From NCBI GenBank assembly GCA_937625935.1, contig OW569356.1, positions 310,001-374,000 on the forward strand: 64,000 bases of DNA, read 5' to 3'. Positions 10,990 through 22,167 of the stretch are shown piece after piece. Position numbers and translations under genes: made by a program. The first letter of the stretch is position 1. The number at the start of each line of letters is the position of its first letter. The DNA comes from Tetramitus jugosus (lineage: Eukaryota > Protista > Heterolobosea). The notes below the pieces were generated by a model. That model did no database searches. It worked only from the letters and a program-made list of their open reading frames with translations, and was not told the DNA's origin.

Positions 10990-12431
10990 ATGCAAAATCT
11001 CTTCCAAGCAGCTCAAGCCAGATCCACCCAAGGTGGTGTCAAACCTCTATTAGAGTTCAGAGCAGGAAAAATGACCCGTAACGGATCAACAGTCACCGCT
11101 GACACAAGAAAAGGACTTGTGCAAATTACTGTCGAAGAATCGATACTCCATTTCAAGTGGAGAGATCGCACAACTAATACCATTGAGGATGACTTGATGA
11201 TCTTCCCAGATGAAGCTGTTTTTAAGCGCGTTGATAAAGTGAAGGATGGCCGTGTTTACGTGTTGGAGTTTACTGGCGGAGGTAGAGAAATGTTCTTTTG
11301 GTTACAGGAGCCAAAGACTGACAAGGATGAAGCGAATTGCACATCTCTGAACGAATTCATTAAGAATCCACCTCAAAACGCACAATCTGCCACACAGCAA
11401 CAAAACTTTTTGAACATGTTCAGTCAACAAGGTGGAGCTGCGTCAGCATCGAGACAACAAAGTGCAGTTGAATTGGATCAATTGCAAAGAATTTTGCAAG
11501 GATTGGGCGCTGCTCCTCAAGCACAGCAACAACAACAACAGCAGCAGCAGCCAACTACTCAACAACAACAACCAACTTCATCTACAACAACAAACAGCGA
11601 CAATCAAGCAACTCAGCAACAAGGTATGAAAATTCCCGTTTATATGATGATCACAGTATTGTGAGTGTGTTTGTGTGTTCTATTTTGCCAAATTCAATTG
11701 TTTTTTATATTTCGTGCGCAATGCTGAATGTCCAACATCAACATCATCAACAACAACGAAAACAATATCCCATCTTGATCTTGCGAAGCTCTACAAGAAG
11801 CTCTTGCTTCTCTTTCAGGCATGCAATCTAGGAGTGGTAATCGCAGTGCAGGACCTAATCTATCGTCCGTATTGAACTCTGATGGTGTGAGCACTGCGTT
11901 GCGCCAACATCCTGAAATGATTCAACAATTAATTGAACATTTGCCCGAAGGTGACAAACAGGCAGACTTGGAAACTGTGATTGATCATGTTAGGTCTCCA
12001 CAGTTCAGGCAATCAATTGATGCCTTTTACCGAGCCTTGCAACAATCACCCGAAGCAGTTTGTTATTCAATTGGAATTAGACCGACCACTGATTTGTTAA
12101 CAAAGATTTATTCTGGATCAGGTGAGCTATCATCATCTTACTTTTCTGTTGCAAATGTGGAGGAAGAGTTGAAATAACAATGGGAGGGGACATGGATGCA
12201 TTCTGCGATATATAGATTCTGTTGAATTGGCACACTGACACAAAACTCACACGCACACATGCTCTTTTCCACCTTCTGTTCTTCTCTTTCCTCCTGCATG
12301 TGGCAATATCAATTTACTCACGCATTCTCTTTTTTTCTCATAAAACAGGTGCTGAAGCATTGGTGAATGCTGTGAATGAACAAGAAAAGAAGGATGACAA
12401 GAAGGACGATCAAATGGAAACTGATGAGTGA
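10990..12431 (+). CDS. RPN13: Proteasomal ubiquitin receptor RPN13/ADRM1; 3 exons (introns 11624-11788 or -11818, and 12122-12348)
   Basis: Pru domain LLEFRAGKM...LHFKWRDR...DDLMIFP...GRVYVLEF...FFWLQE. C-terminal DEUBAD-like VRSPQFRQSIDAF. Phase-1 GT-AG introns join the three ORF pieces. Confidence 0.9.
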
Positions 12432-12521
12432 ATTATTCGACGATAAATTGTAAACTACTATTCCCCAATTACTCATTTGTACAAATATTTGATATAAAGA
12501 TTTATTAGTTCTTGTCTCTTT

Positions 12522-13730
12522 TTATTGAAGCCAAGTATGATTGTATACAATAGTGCGTAGGAATCCATCCTTTGAGTTCGAGCTGATCGCCTCACGGATG
12601 GTTTGCAAGTATTGACTACTCGTACCTGAAGTCTGCTCTTTCAGTGTATCCAGAGAGGTGACACTATCTCCATCCTTGTAAAACCAATCCTCCATCAACA
12701 AGTACTGTGGAGGGGCCATTGGAATTTTGGTCTGTGTTTTACTTTGAATTGTTCGTTCAATGACTCGTGCGTTCGTCTCCAAGTTTTCATCAGATTGTCT
12801 CACCAACAACCACACAATGATTCCTATCATTCGACGGATTTGATGTTTCATGAATCCTGTTCCATGCAATCGGATTTGCAGGAAACGAGCATCACCAACA
12901 GAAACTATTGGCTCGTCAGGGTGTAGTCTCACTGAGAAAATAGTTCGAATACAATTTTCTTTCTTCTGGTCAGTATAATTATGAAACGAATGTGAACCCT
13001 CAAAGCAACCAAGTAGCTTGTTTACTTGATCTATGTCAAGCTTGTCTCCAAAGTACCGACACGGCATCAAATAGATGTACTGCCGACTTGCGCAATCACT
13101 GATAGCATTGAAGGAATCCGTAACTGGAACAGCACCATGCACAACAATCGACTCTTCCTTCTCTTTCAGATAGGTGTTGACTCGATGACACATTGTACTT
13201 AGCAGAGAACTCTCGTTTTCAACTCCATTGTCAGCATCTTTTGTGCTAGATAGACATAACCTGGCACAAAACAAATTGCGAAGTGCATGAACACCCTTAT
13301 CGGTTCTTGAAGTTGCATGAATGCTCGAATCGAAAGAAGAATTAGATGGTATATACCCCAATTCAAATAATGCTTCAATGAGAACAGCCATGATTGTTTT
13401 CGATGGAGCTTGAAAGGTCGTATGTCTACCCGCATTTCGGGTGCCATCTTGAACAGAACTCGATGAGAACCATTTCAATGAGGAGTTTTGTGTCTGCAGG
13501 CCAGAATACAATGTACCTACATAGGATATGCAAAGAGCATATTTTGGAAAGTGAGGAAGTTCGATATCAATCTCATTTTGGAGATGAGGCGATTCATTAG
13601 AGACTGCTTGGATGAATTTTCTTCTCTTGGAAGGCACAAACTCCTTGGACCGATACACCACAGGACAGCCATTGTTCAATTGTGATGATTCCAAAACATC
13701 TTCTTCTTTCTCATTCTCTTGACGGTTCAT
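12522..13730 (-). CDS. tRNA pseudouridine synthase, TruA/Pus1 family
   Basis: ISYVGTLYSGLQ, catalytic SRTDKGVHA, RQYIYLMP, FEGSHSFHNYT, GFMKHQIRRMIG. Confidence 0.9.
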   Translation of the reverse strand: MNRQENEKEEDVLESSQLNNGCPVVYRSKEFVPSKRRKFIQAVSNESPHLQNEIDIELPHFPKYALCISYVGTLYSGLQTQNSSLKWFSSSSVQDGTRNAGRHTTFQAPSKTIMAVLIEALFELGYIPSNSSFDSSIHATSRTDKGVHALRNLFCARLCLSSTKDADNGVENESSLLSTMCHRVNTYLKEKEESIVVHGAVPVTDSFNAISDCASRQYIYLMPCRYFGDKLDIDQVNKLLGCFEGSHSFHNYTDQKKENCIRTIFSVRLHPDEPIVSVGDARFLQIRLHGTGFMKHQIRRMIGIIVWLLVRQSDENLETNARVIERTIQSKTQTKIPMAPPQYLLMEDWFYKDGDSVTSLDTLKEQTSGTSSQYLQTIREAISSNSKDGFLRTIVYNHTWLQ

Positions 13731-13806
13731 TTGTTTTTTTTGTTTGATTTGACAGTCAAGTAAATGATATTTTGGCTACTAACTTACAATTCCTTTATTC
13801 ATTGCC

Positions 13807-14343
13807 TTAACTCTCACTGGATTGCTCCAATGGTTCTAACACTCGGATCAAATGATCCAATAAATCAGTCTGAGTGATGACACCAACCAACTTGTTGGTG
13901 TCTTTCTCGAGCACTGGCAGCACACCCTTCTTGCATAGCCTCATAATTTTGCATGCCGCCAATATGCTTTCATCGTCCGATATGGTGTACAATGATTTCT
14001 GCATGGCTTCTCCAATTTTGTGCTCCTTGAGAATAGCTATCATCTCTTTGAGGTGAATATCGGGATCAATGACAGGGGAAGCAGCAACAAGCCTCATGTC
14101 TCTCTCAGTGATCACACCGACCAGAGGTTCGTTTTCCTTGGATGAGTCAACCACGGGCAAATGCCTAATATCGTATTGAAGCATCAGCTGTAGAGCTTTG
14201 TCCAATGTTTGATTCACGTCAACTGTGATGAGTCGTTGATGAGAAATGAGATCTCGAGCAAAGAGAAATTTGTTCTCGGAGTCACTTGGTTTCGTGATAG
14301 GTTTGGTCTGTGTTGTATGAGACTCGTCTGATGTAGAGGTCAT
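13807..14343 (-). CDS. Stand-alone CBS-pair (Bateman domain) protein
   Basis: Two CBS motifs: IRHLPVVD...LVGVITERD and GVLPVLE...LVGVITQTDLL. ATG at 14343. Confidence 0.85.
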   Translation of the reverse strand: MTSTSDESHTTQTKPITKPSDSENKFLFARDLISHQRLITVDVNQTLDKALQLMLQYDIRHLPVVDSSKENEPLVGVITERDMRLVAASPVIDPDIHLKEMIAILKEHKIGEAMQKSLYTISDDESILAACKIMRLCKKGVLPVLEKDTNKLVGVITQTDLLDHLIRVLEPLEQSSES

Positions 14344-14863
14344 TTTGTAGTTCTTATTGTAGTACAAACTAACTTTGATGAATTCGAGGGTGGGGATCTG
14401 AATCGGATTTGAGTAAAGTGCAAAGTAAAAGGTTGTTCTCAGAAGGTTTTGTAACTCTTGTGGTCAACAAAGAACCCATCATGCCGAGATCTCTTAGCCA
14501 ACCAAAAATACAAGATTCGCGAGTAAAGATCACAAAAATATTCCTGCGACAACGAGTGCACTGCACGGAATTCAACAAGAACAAGCTCTCACAAACCAAT
14601 GAATAAGTTGAATGAGATCACTAGGTGTAAGTTGTTACAAGGGCCACCTTTTTAGCCCCAGGATCACACAGCATCGTCGTTGCTCCGCAATTTTGGAGCA
14701 TCCAGCAACAAAATGATAGACTAAAAATAGTAACGCCGCGTGTTGTTGATTGGATTCTGATCAAAAGCTTTTTCCATCAAAGATGATTGTAACAACAACA
14801 ATCCTGTAAAAACAACAACAACAATAACACACACTTTGGCCAAAGCACAACAACAACAACAAT

Positions 14864-15904
14864 ATGACCCTTGCTCCAAACAGACACAACAACGCACCAA
14901 GAACCCTGACTCAAGCTCTCATTGAAGAGTATCACGATCAACAAGAACAAGCTGAATTCATTGTCTTGTTCAGTGCCATTCAACAAGCATGCAAGAATAT
15001 AGCATCTGCCATCCGTACTGCCCCACTCGATCAATTGACTGGACTGGCTGGAACCAAGAATAGCATGGGTGAAGAAGTGAAGCAATTGGATGTCATCTCC
15101 AACAATTACTTTATCGATGCACTCATGTCATGTGAGAGAGTGTGTGCCATGGTGAGTGAAGAAGATGGTGAGGTCATCCAAGTTCCAAAGCAATTGAGAC
15201 GTGGTCCATACGTTGTTGCTTTTGATCCATTGGACGGATCGAGCAACATTGATGTTGCTGTGCCCGTTGGCAGCATCTTTTCCATTTACAAGAGAAGAAC
15301 ACCATCGAGTGAGGAAGTTGATTTGGAAAAGGATATCCTGCAGAATGGAAATTCCATTTTGTGCAGTGGTTATGCACTGTATGGCAGTTGCACTACGATT
15401 ATTGTGGCTACAAACAAGGGCGTCAACGGATATACGCTTGATCCTGTGAGTGGTGAATTTGTCAAGTCTCACTCGCAAATTCAAGTACCAAAGAAGGGCA
15501 CCATCTACTCTGTAAACGAAGGAAATGAGAAGACTTGGACACCTAGCACTCAAATGTACGTCAGAAACAAGAAGGGAGACAAGGACAAGGGACTTTCTCC
15601 ATACTCGCTGCGTTATGTGGGATCAATGGTTGCTGACATTCATAGAACATTGTTCAAGGGCGGCATTTTCTTCTATCCTGCTGACATTAAGTCTCCAGAG
15701 GGTAAGCTCAGACTGCTGTACGAGTGCAATCCAATGAGTTTTATTGTGGAAAAGGCTGGTGGAAAGGCCATGATTGGACACAAGGAAGGCAGAGTTCTAG
15801 ATTTCAATCCAAAGACAATTCATCAACGATGCCCAATCTATCTTGGATCATCTGACGATGTGGATGAAGTCTTGGAATGTATGAGACAATGTGACCAAAA
15901 CTAA
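14864..15904 (+). CDS. FBP1: Fructose-1,6-bisphosphatase class 1
   Basis: GEEVKQLDVISN, SEED, FDPLDGSSNID, RYVGSMVADIHRTL, GKLRLLYECNP. Confidence 0.97.
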   Translation: MTLAPNRHNNAPRTLTQALIEEYHDQQEQAEFIVLFSAIQQACKNIASAIRTAPLDQLTGLAGTKNSMGEEVKQLDVISNNYFIDALMSCERVCAMVSEEDGEVIQVPKQLRRGPYVVAFDPLDGSSNIDVAVPVGSIFSIYKRRTPSSEEVDLEKDILQNGNSILCSGYALYGSCTTIIVATNKGVNGYTLDPVSGEFVKSHSQIQVPKKGTIYSVNEGNEKTWTPSTQMYVRNKKGDKDKGLSPYSLRYVGSMVADIHRTLFKGGIFFYPADIKSPEGKLRLLYECNPMSFIVEKAGGKAMIGHKEGRVLDFNPKTIHQRCPIYLGSSDDVDEVLECMRQCDQN

Positions 15905-16004
15905 GCTGCTTTGTTGTTATAAAATCTTTTGTTGAACCACACATTCACACCTTTTTACGGATTGTTCTGGCAGTTACATTATATCTCCGCAATGAAACAA
16001 CAAC

Positions 16005-18104
16005 ATGCCTCACAATACTTCTCTAAGAGAGAAGAAAAAGATCCAGCGAGAGACTAGTGAGAGTAGTGAGAAGGAAGGATCTCAACTTGATTACTTTCGG
16101 GGTCTTGATCCGAACTTGAATGCTGCAGAGTTGTGTCGAAAACTGGGTTTTACTTTCTATGATGTTGAATCACTGAATCCCTACATGAAAGAGAATGAAA
16201 GATATTCGAGGTTGAGTCACCTTGACTCGAAATATACTGATTTAGGTACAAATAACAGGGACAACAATCTTCCGAAAGACAGTTCTGTTCAAGTGTTGTT
16301 AAGCAAGACAATAGATGCCAGTAAATCAGATATGTTATCAGCGCACGAATTGAAGAACCTTCTTTATGAGGAGTATGCGAGCAAGTATCTGCAGAAAATG
16401 GGAGTTTCTGAAACACCACAGAATGTAGCACTCTTATTGAAAAAGTTTCCGATTGATTCATGTTATGTGGAGAGAAGGAGAGGACATCAGGGAACATACT
16501 TGAACTTCTGTCTGACAAATGGAAATCCCAACACTTCTTCAGCTCCAGTTTTTCGTTCGACTCCTCCTGCTAACTTGGATCTATTCAATGAGAAGTTGTT
16601 AGAAAGAGTATCGAACTCTACCACACCCCCTAGTATATCTGCAGCGACTTTTGAGTCGAATCCTGTTAAGAAATCCGACTACTTGTTCACTAATACTCTA
16701 CCGAAGTTTGAAGAATATTCGAAACGATATATTTTCCCCTATAACTTAAAACACAAGTATAGGTCCATTGATAACGAACAAGATTTGTTGGCAACAGCCA
16801 TTAAAGACAGGAACGACTCAAAAACAGAATGTATATATGAAATCATGATGAATGATAGAGAATATGAAAAATGGGAGCAAGAAAACATGACACTTCTTTC
16901 TTCGATAACTTCTTTACAGCAGAGTGGAAAGAAATCATATTTAACGCCTCTTCTTCAGAAAAACAGTGTTGCTAGTAACTTGGGCAGTATACACACACAA
17001 GGAAGTAATTCGGTTTCAACGCCTGCAACAAAGTGGGATTCTATTAAGACTGACAAAACGTTCACGGGGAGTGACTCCATTATGTTTAGTGATTCGAGCA
17101 ACTTGAAACATAGATTCTCGGGTGTTTTCAATCATGATTCAAAACTCATTGCAGCACGAAACGACACAACAACTAACATCGCGATTAAATACAAGTTGAT
17201 CGATGTAGAGCTGAGCAAACCTCCTTTTCTAGCCAACAGCGAGATCCTCAACTTACAAACTAAATTTATTACAGAATTCCCCTTTCATCTGTGGAACAAA
17301 TCGGTTGTGGATGACAATCATAGGAGGGAAATCAGGAAAATCATATGTAACCCCAGATTAACTCACTTTATTCGATTATTCTCTGCCTTCTGTTACTGGA
17401 CTTTTCTCAACGAATTTGCTAGTCCAACTGAAGAAGAGGATCACCTCAAGGAGATTGAGAACTTTGATAACTCATTCCTTCGCGTCTATTCGGAAATTGT
17501 AAATATTGGGAAAACAAACAGAAAGTCGAAGAGAACTGTGACCATTAACTTACCGATAATCCTATTGTGCATCAGGGTAGTCACTGAAACAATATTTAAA
17601 GTATGCTATCAGAATTGGTGGGACACCCCCTACAGTAGTATTTTAACGCACCGCGTGGATCGTTTAGTTTCTTTCTTGTTTGATCCAGATGACTATCTTT
17701 CCCATCTAGCTCCAGTCGAATCAAATGTGAAGGAGAGACAGATAGCGAGCAAAATTAGCCGGCTGCACCGTGTAAAAGGATTAGAACAAACGGCCAAACA
17801 AAGAACGAGTTCTAAAGTGTACTCCATGAGTCCTGTCGTACGCTACATTCTCCAAGATGCAACGAGTTTTGGTGCTCGTAGCTTGATCAAACACCAATCC
17901 ATTAATCAGAGTCGATCAGTCACACCCGATCTTTGTCATGATGTTATTGGTTCTCGAGGTCCCTCACCTTCAGAACTCAGCATCTCCTCAATTGAGGGAT
18001 TTCATTCTCGAGACGAAGCGGTATCAAAGGCATTGAGGCCCTCCATGAGAGCTAAAATTATGGAAATATATGCACAACGTTTTACTGGAGGAGATAAAAT
18101 TTGA
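16005..18104 (+). CDS. Hypothetical protein (699 aa)
   Basis: Long uninterrupted ORF with an ATG start and a globular-looking C-terminal domain (FCYWTFL...LFDPDDYLSHL). Family not recognised. Confidence 0.7.
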   Translation: MPHNTSLREKKKIQRETSESSEKEGSQLDYFRGLDPNLNAAELCRKLGFTFYDVESLNPYMKENERYSRLSHLDSKYTDLGTNNRDNNLPKDSSVQVLLSKTIDASKSDMLSAHELKNLLYEEYASKYLQKMGVSETPQNVALLLKKFPIDSCYVERRRGHQGTYLNFCLTNGNPNTSSAPVFRSTPPANLDLFNEKLLERVSNSTTPPSISAATFESNPVKKSDYLFTNTLPKFEEYSKRYIFPYNLKHKYRSIDNEQDLLATAIKDRNDSKTECIYEIMMNDREYEKWEQENMTLLSSITSLQQSGKKSYLTPLLQKNSVASNLGSIHTQGSNSVSTPATKWDSIKTDKTFTGSDSIMFSDSSNLKHRFSGVFNHDSKLIAARNDTTTNIAIKYKLIDVELSKPPFLANSEILNLQTKFITEFPFHLWNKSVVDDNHRREIRKIICNPRLTHFIRLFSAFCYWTFLNEFASPTEEEDHLKEIENFDNSFLRVYSEIVNIGKTNRKSKRTVTINLPIILLCIRVVTETIFKVCYQNWWDTPYSSILTHRVDRLVSFLFDPDDYLSHLAPVESNVKERQIASKISRLHRVKGLEQTAKQRTSSKVYSMSPVVRYILQDATSFGARSLIKHQSINQSRSVTPDLCHDVIGSRGPSPSELSISSIEGFHSRDEAVSKALRPSMRAKIMEIYAQRFTGGDKI

Positions 18105-18209
18105 GCTTGATTGTTTGTTACACAGTGTGTTCACTTGTTTATTACGAACCAAGATATACAACAAAAGTAATCAATTCATACATGAATGGATGCCTGGCAA
18201 TTTTTGTGA

Positions 18210-19349
18210 TTACATGGCTCCCACACCAAACATTTTTCTAAAACTCTCATACAATGGCAGAGAAATCAAGAAGAATGGCCCTAACCTTAGCCAACAAGCG
18301 AAAGAAGCTCTATAAAATCCTCTAAAGCCCTCATTCTTGGCAATCTTGGCAACACAGTCCAAAATTCCTGTAAATTCCGTCTTTCCTCTATCGTTCATAT
18401 ACCTTGTTTTGACGACATCAAATGGAGCACATGAATAAGTTGCCACAATACCAGCTATAAATGCACAAAAGATGTGAGTCGATGTCTTGTCACGTGAAAA
18501 CATGTCTGGAAAATGTGTCGTCAACAAGTACTTTGAGTGATCATAACTGGAGAGTTGTGCAGCTGTTAACGCTCCTGCTCTCACCATGGTGAGCATGGTT
18601 CCCTTGTAGAGACCATTGATCACTCCTTCATTTCTCATAATGTGAACAAATGTTTTCATCATTCCATCTACCTGTTGTGTTTTTGGTAGTGACGACAACT
18701 TATTGTTGTTGTTGACCGTAGTACTGGCATCTTGAACGGATTGTGCTCGAATCTTGATCACGTCCAATGGATTGACAATGGCCGATCCTAGCATTCCAGT
18801 GCACAATCCTGACCACATCTTGATCATTACACCTGCATCATAGTTATTATTGCTCTTTTGGTCGCTATGAAACACAGTGGACATGAAATCACGCACCGGA
18901 TCATACAAGCCCATTCGAAGACCACTGTACATGAGACTTCGAGCTGCAGAGACACCGAGACCCACCTTCCACAGTGCAACCAAGCCTCCTTCTTTTTGAA
19001 CAATGTCCCGTGCACAGTTGACAATACCTCTTTGCTTGTACTCTGCTGGGGACATGGTCTGGAGTCGAGTCTTGAGTAAATCAGCTGGATTGAGCAGAGA
19101 AGTGACTGTCATGGCAGAGAGACCACCTGCTGCACATCGTCTCATGGCCATATTCCATCCACTATTACTATTACTACTCTTGCTATTACTATTACTGTTG
19201 CTATTGTTGTTGTTGGTATTGTTGCTATTGTTGGTATTGCTACTAGATGTTGCTATAGTTGTTGCATGGGAGTGGACACTTGTTGTAGGAGTTACATGGT
19301 TGCTATTGTGAGTTGTTGTTGTGGTTGTGGTTGTCGTTGTGGATTGCAT
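18210..19349 (-). CDS. Mitochondrial carrier (SLC25), UCP/dicarboxylate-oxoglutarate-like, with a T/N/S-rich N-terminal extension
   Basis: Three carrier signatures PADLLKTRLQ, PLDVIKIRAQ and PFDVVKTRYM; also YSGLRMGLYD, AQLSSYD, WLRLGP. Start is uncertain (ATG 19349 or a downstream ATG near 19150). Confidence 0.9.
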   Translation of the reverse strand: MQSTTTTTTTTTTHNSNHVTPTTSVHSHATTIATSSSNTNNSNNTNNNNSNSNSNSKSSNSNSGWNMAMRRCAAGGLSAMTVTSLLNPADLLKTRLQTMSPAEYKQRGIVNCARDIVQKEGGLVALWKVGLGVSAARSLMYSGLRMGLYDPVRDFMSTVFHSDQKSNNNYDAGVMIKMWSGLCTGMLGSAIVNPLDVIKIRAQSVQDASTTVNNNNKLSSLPKTQQVDGMMKTFVHIMRNEGVINGLYKGTMLTMVRAGALTAAQLSSYDHSKYLLTTHFPDMFSRDKTSTHIFCAFIAGIVATYSCAPFDVVKTRYMNDRGKTEFTGILDCVAKIAKNEGFRGFYRASFACWLRLGPFFLISLPLYESFRKMFGVGAM

Positions 19350-19607
19350 GAGTATGATTCTAATGTTGGGGAAAATGTGTGATCCTGCAATGTTTTGTTT
19401 AGAGGGGGAAATAGGGAGAGCCAAGTGTTGGTTGGGTTAAGTTGGTTGTTGTTGTTGTTGTTGACGGGATACCAAGAAAAGATCGAAACAGGTCTTTGTC
19501 CAAGGTTGGGAAAGGGATGATAAAAGAGTGGTTGTTGATTGTTGTTGTAGCTTTTTGTTTTTGCTGTGTGCTAGCTTCCCAGGTTGATTATTATAAAGGA
19601 CGCACTG

Positions 19608-19707
19608 ACCAATCGCACTTGATCTTTGGAGGTATCTCGATGCTGTCGTCACACCAATCAAGCCCACTGGACATTAATTGGTTGGATTCCATCAGGGTGT
19701 TGATTGG
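19608..19707. promoter_or_regulatory. Cluster of CCAAT-box-like motifs upstream of the mitochondrial carrier gene
   Basis: ACCAATC occurs at about 19608 and 19653 and GATTGG at about 19702, within a 500-bp intergenic region. Confidence 0.3.
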
Positions 19708-19939
19708 CGCGCAGATTTGGGGAGAAAAACGGAAGGTGTGAAGTGGCACGCACCACAACGTCTTACTTTTTCATGGGCAGCAATGCGGGTGCGCAACACA
19801 TTCCCGTACAATTGGGAAACACCGATTTAGATAACAAGTTAATCAAAATGCAAATCGCCTCAATTGATAGATTTTGTGCATGGTGTTGTTGATCTTTACG
19901 ATTATGTGTGGTTGACTAAGCTTACTTGCGTCGCACCCG

Positions 19940-21889
19940 TTAATTCCATTGGATGAGGTTGAGGATATTTGGGAAATTGACAGACGTGGATGATTGTCTC
20001 TCGAGGAATGCTTCCTTGCCATGTGATATTGCTCCTCTGAGCTTGTAAGCAGTGAGCACGTCGTGCTTTCCTGCACTTACATACAAATGTGAACCAAATT
20101 TCATGACAAGTAATTGGAGAGTACTTTCGTTGTTGTCCTCCTCTCCGTTGACAAACAGAGGAGAGATGCGCACAGAGGTATCTGGTTCCTCAAGCAATGG
20201 TCCAGACAATGGTGTAATGCTGAATCGAATAGGATACAACTTCTCAGGTAGCTTGTCAGAAGAGTTTGTTGATGACAGTACATGCATCAGATATATCCTG
20301 CATCGCATAAAGAATGAATAATTCTGCTGATGAGAGATAATGCTGATAAAGTTTGGTTGGGCAAACAGCCATTTGAATACGATGAAAGTCAACACAGTAC
20401 TGCACCATGAGGATCGAGATTGATCAATAGCCAGTTCATCACTTCTATCGTCTTTGCTCTTCCTATGCTCATTGTAGAAGAAACTTGTCAAGACTTCGGT
20501 AGCAAACTTGTCCTCATATTGACTAATCCGTCCAAATTTGTCAGTGTCCTTTGAAATAAATGGATAGAGTTTCGAATCATTTTCGTTGGTTGGATTTGCT
20601 TTCCAGCTTGTTGGAATGACACTAGAGAGCACCAAATTTGTTACACTTGTGGGTGTTCTTGTCAGAGGACAGATATTGAGTCTCTGAGGAATGTAGTTCA
20701 TTATTTCCCATAGAGCTTTATCAAACTCTATACTTGCAACTTCATTCTTCTTGTTGCCCTTGTAATACCCTTCAAATTCTGAATCACCCCTTGAAAAATC
20801 ACTGGCACACAATTGTAAAAGTGTCAGTCTGATCGCGGAAAGAGTATCCATCGACTGATTTGTGGCGTTGTCCAGCAACAACAATGATAATTCGCTCGTG
20901 TTGCCCCGATATATTTGATGAGAGGATATAATCTTCAATACTTGTTCCCTATTGGTAATCAAGTTCAATAGCTCCATAGAACCATAATTCTCTGGTATTT
21001 GGTTCTGCATTTTCAATCGTACCATCTCTGACAATGCATAATAGTTTCTGCCTCGACGCACATATGACTTTCCAATCATTGAAGCGTCCAATTTGGCATT
21101 GTCCAACTCTAAGCTTCTATACTTGATAAACAGTTGATTGACATCGCCGATCGACTTGAGATAGTCCTTTGTTCTAAAGTAGCACAGTGATCTGTTGCAC
21201 AGAGAGACCAAATTCGATGGAAATCTCTTGATCGATATGTTGTAGTGTTCAATTGCTTCATGAAACTTTTTGTTTCTAAACTCTTCATTACCCTTCTTAT
21301 TATAGTAGTTTGCATAGTCAATGCTGTATTGTACACGTTCCAACAACTCACCACTTTCCACTGAAAAAACTTCAAAAATAAGTTTGAGAGCACTTGGATC
21401 GTCCTTTGCCTTGTCCCACACGGTTGAACACTTGTGATTCAATGCTAAAATGTACTTGTTTTCACTGACCAATCGATAATTGATCCTGTAATAGCACTGA
21501 TCCTGTTCCTTGTTTGAAGATGAATTGCTGCTGCTACTACTACTGCCATTGGAGACATGATTGTGTTGAAATGGAGAAGCAGTACTATAGTACTGAGGCA
21601 ACAAATTTCTCATATTCTGCTGTAACCAATCATAGATGGTACTGCACGTTACAGAACTCGATTTTGCAACCATGGATGCATCTACATAATGAATCATTGA
21701 TTCCCACTTGTTGGTTGTTGATGAAGAAACGCAAATGACATTTTGATTCTGTTCATCTTGTTGTTGTGGCAGTGATGAATGGTTGGTGGTTGAATACTGT
21801 TGTAGTTGATTAACATGGTAGTTTGGTTGATCTGATGTTTGTTGGACTCGTTGTTGAGTTGTAGTTGTGGAAGATGATGGAAGCTTCAT
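19940..21889 (-). CDS. TPR-domain protein with a Q/S/T low-complexity N-terminus
   Basis: Co-chaperone-type TPR: NKKGNEEFRNKKFHEAIEHYNISI...LCNRSLCY...KSYVRRG. Confidence 0.75.
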   Translation of the reverse strand: MKLPSSSTTTTQQRVQQTSDQPNYHVNQLQQYSTTNHSSLPQQQDEQNQNVICVSSSTTNKWESMIHYVDASMVAKSSSVTCSTIYDWLQQNMRNLLPQYYSTASPFQHNHVSNGSSSSSSNSSSNKEQDQCYYRINYRLVSENKYILALNHKCSTVWDKAKDDPSALKLIFEVFSVESGELLERVQYSIDYANYYNKKGNEEFRNKKFHEAIEHYNISIKRFPSNLVSLCNRSLCYFRTKDYLKSIGDVNQLFIKYRSLELDNAKLDASMIGKSYVRRGRNYYALSEMVRLKMQNQIPENYGSMELLNLITNREQVLKIISSHQIYRGNTSELSLLLLDNATNQSMDTLSAIRLTLLQLCASDFSRGDSEFEGYYKGNKKNEVASIEFDKALWEIMNYIPQRLNICPLTRTPTSVTNLVLSSVIPTSWKANPTNENDSKLYPFISKDTDKFGRISQYEDKFATEVLTSFFYNEHRKSKDDRSDELAIDQSRSSWCSTVLTFIVFKWLFAQPNFISIISHQQNYSFFMRCRIYLMHVLSSTNSSDKLPEKLYPIRFSITPLSGPLLEEPDTSVRISPLFVNGEEDNNESTLQLLVMKFGSHLYVSAGKHDVLTAYKLRGAISHGKEAFLERQSSTSVNFPNILNLIQWN

Positions 21890-22167
21890 GGTTGTAGTCG
21901 TTTAGATCTTGAAAAAAAAATATCAATACAAATAAACACAGGAGTCCAATTATTTGTTGTTGTTGTTGTTGTGACTTGTGATGATGTTATTTTGTGTTAT
22001 TGTTCTTGATGTCTTGTTCTCCTAATGGTCAATTTTAGCTAGTATGTGCGGAGATTCGTTTCTTCGGACTTTGAATTTTTCCGATTGACAGAACTTGGAA
22101 AGAGCGCACCAAAAAAAAAAGAGATAGGGTCGCTGTAGAGCTCAACAAGACCAGCAACCACAGCAGT

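Noticed and set aside
14640-14702. Possible U5/Sm-class snRNA (CCTTTTTA loop and AATTTTGG)
   Set aside because: The loop does not match the invariant GCCUUUUAC, the stems are short, and the Sm-like word is buried in a hairpin.
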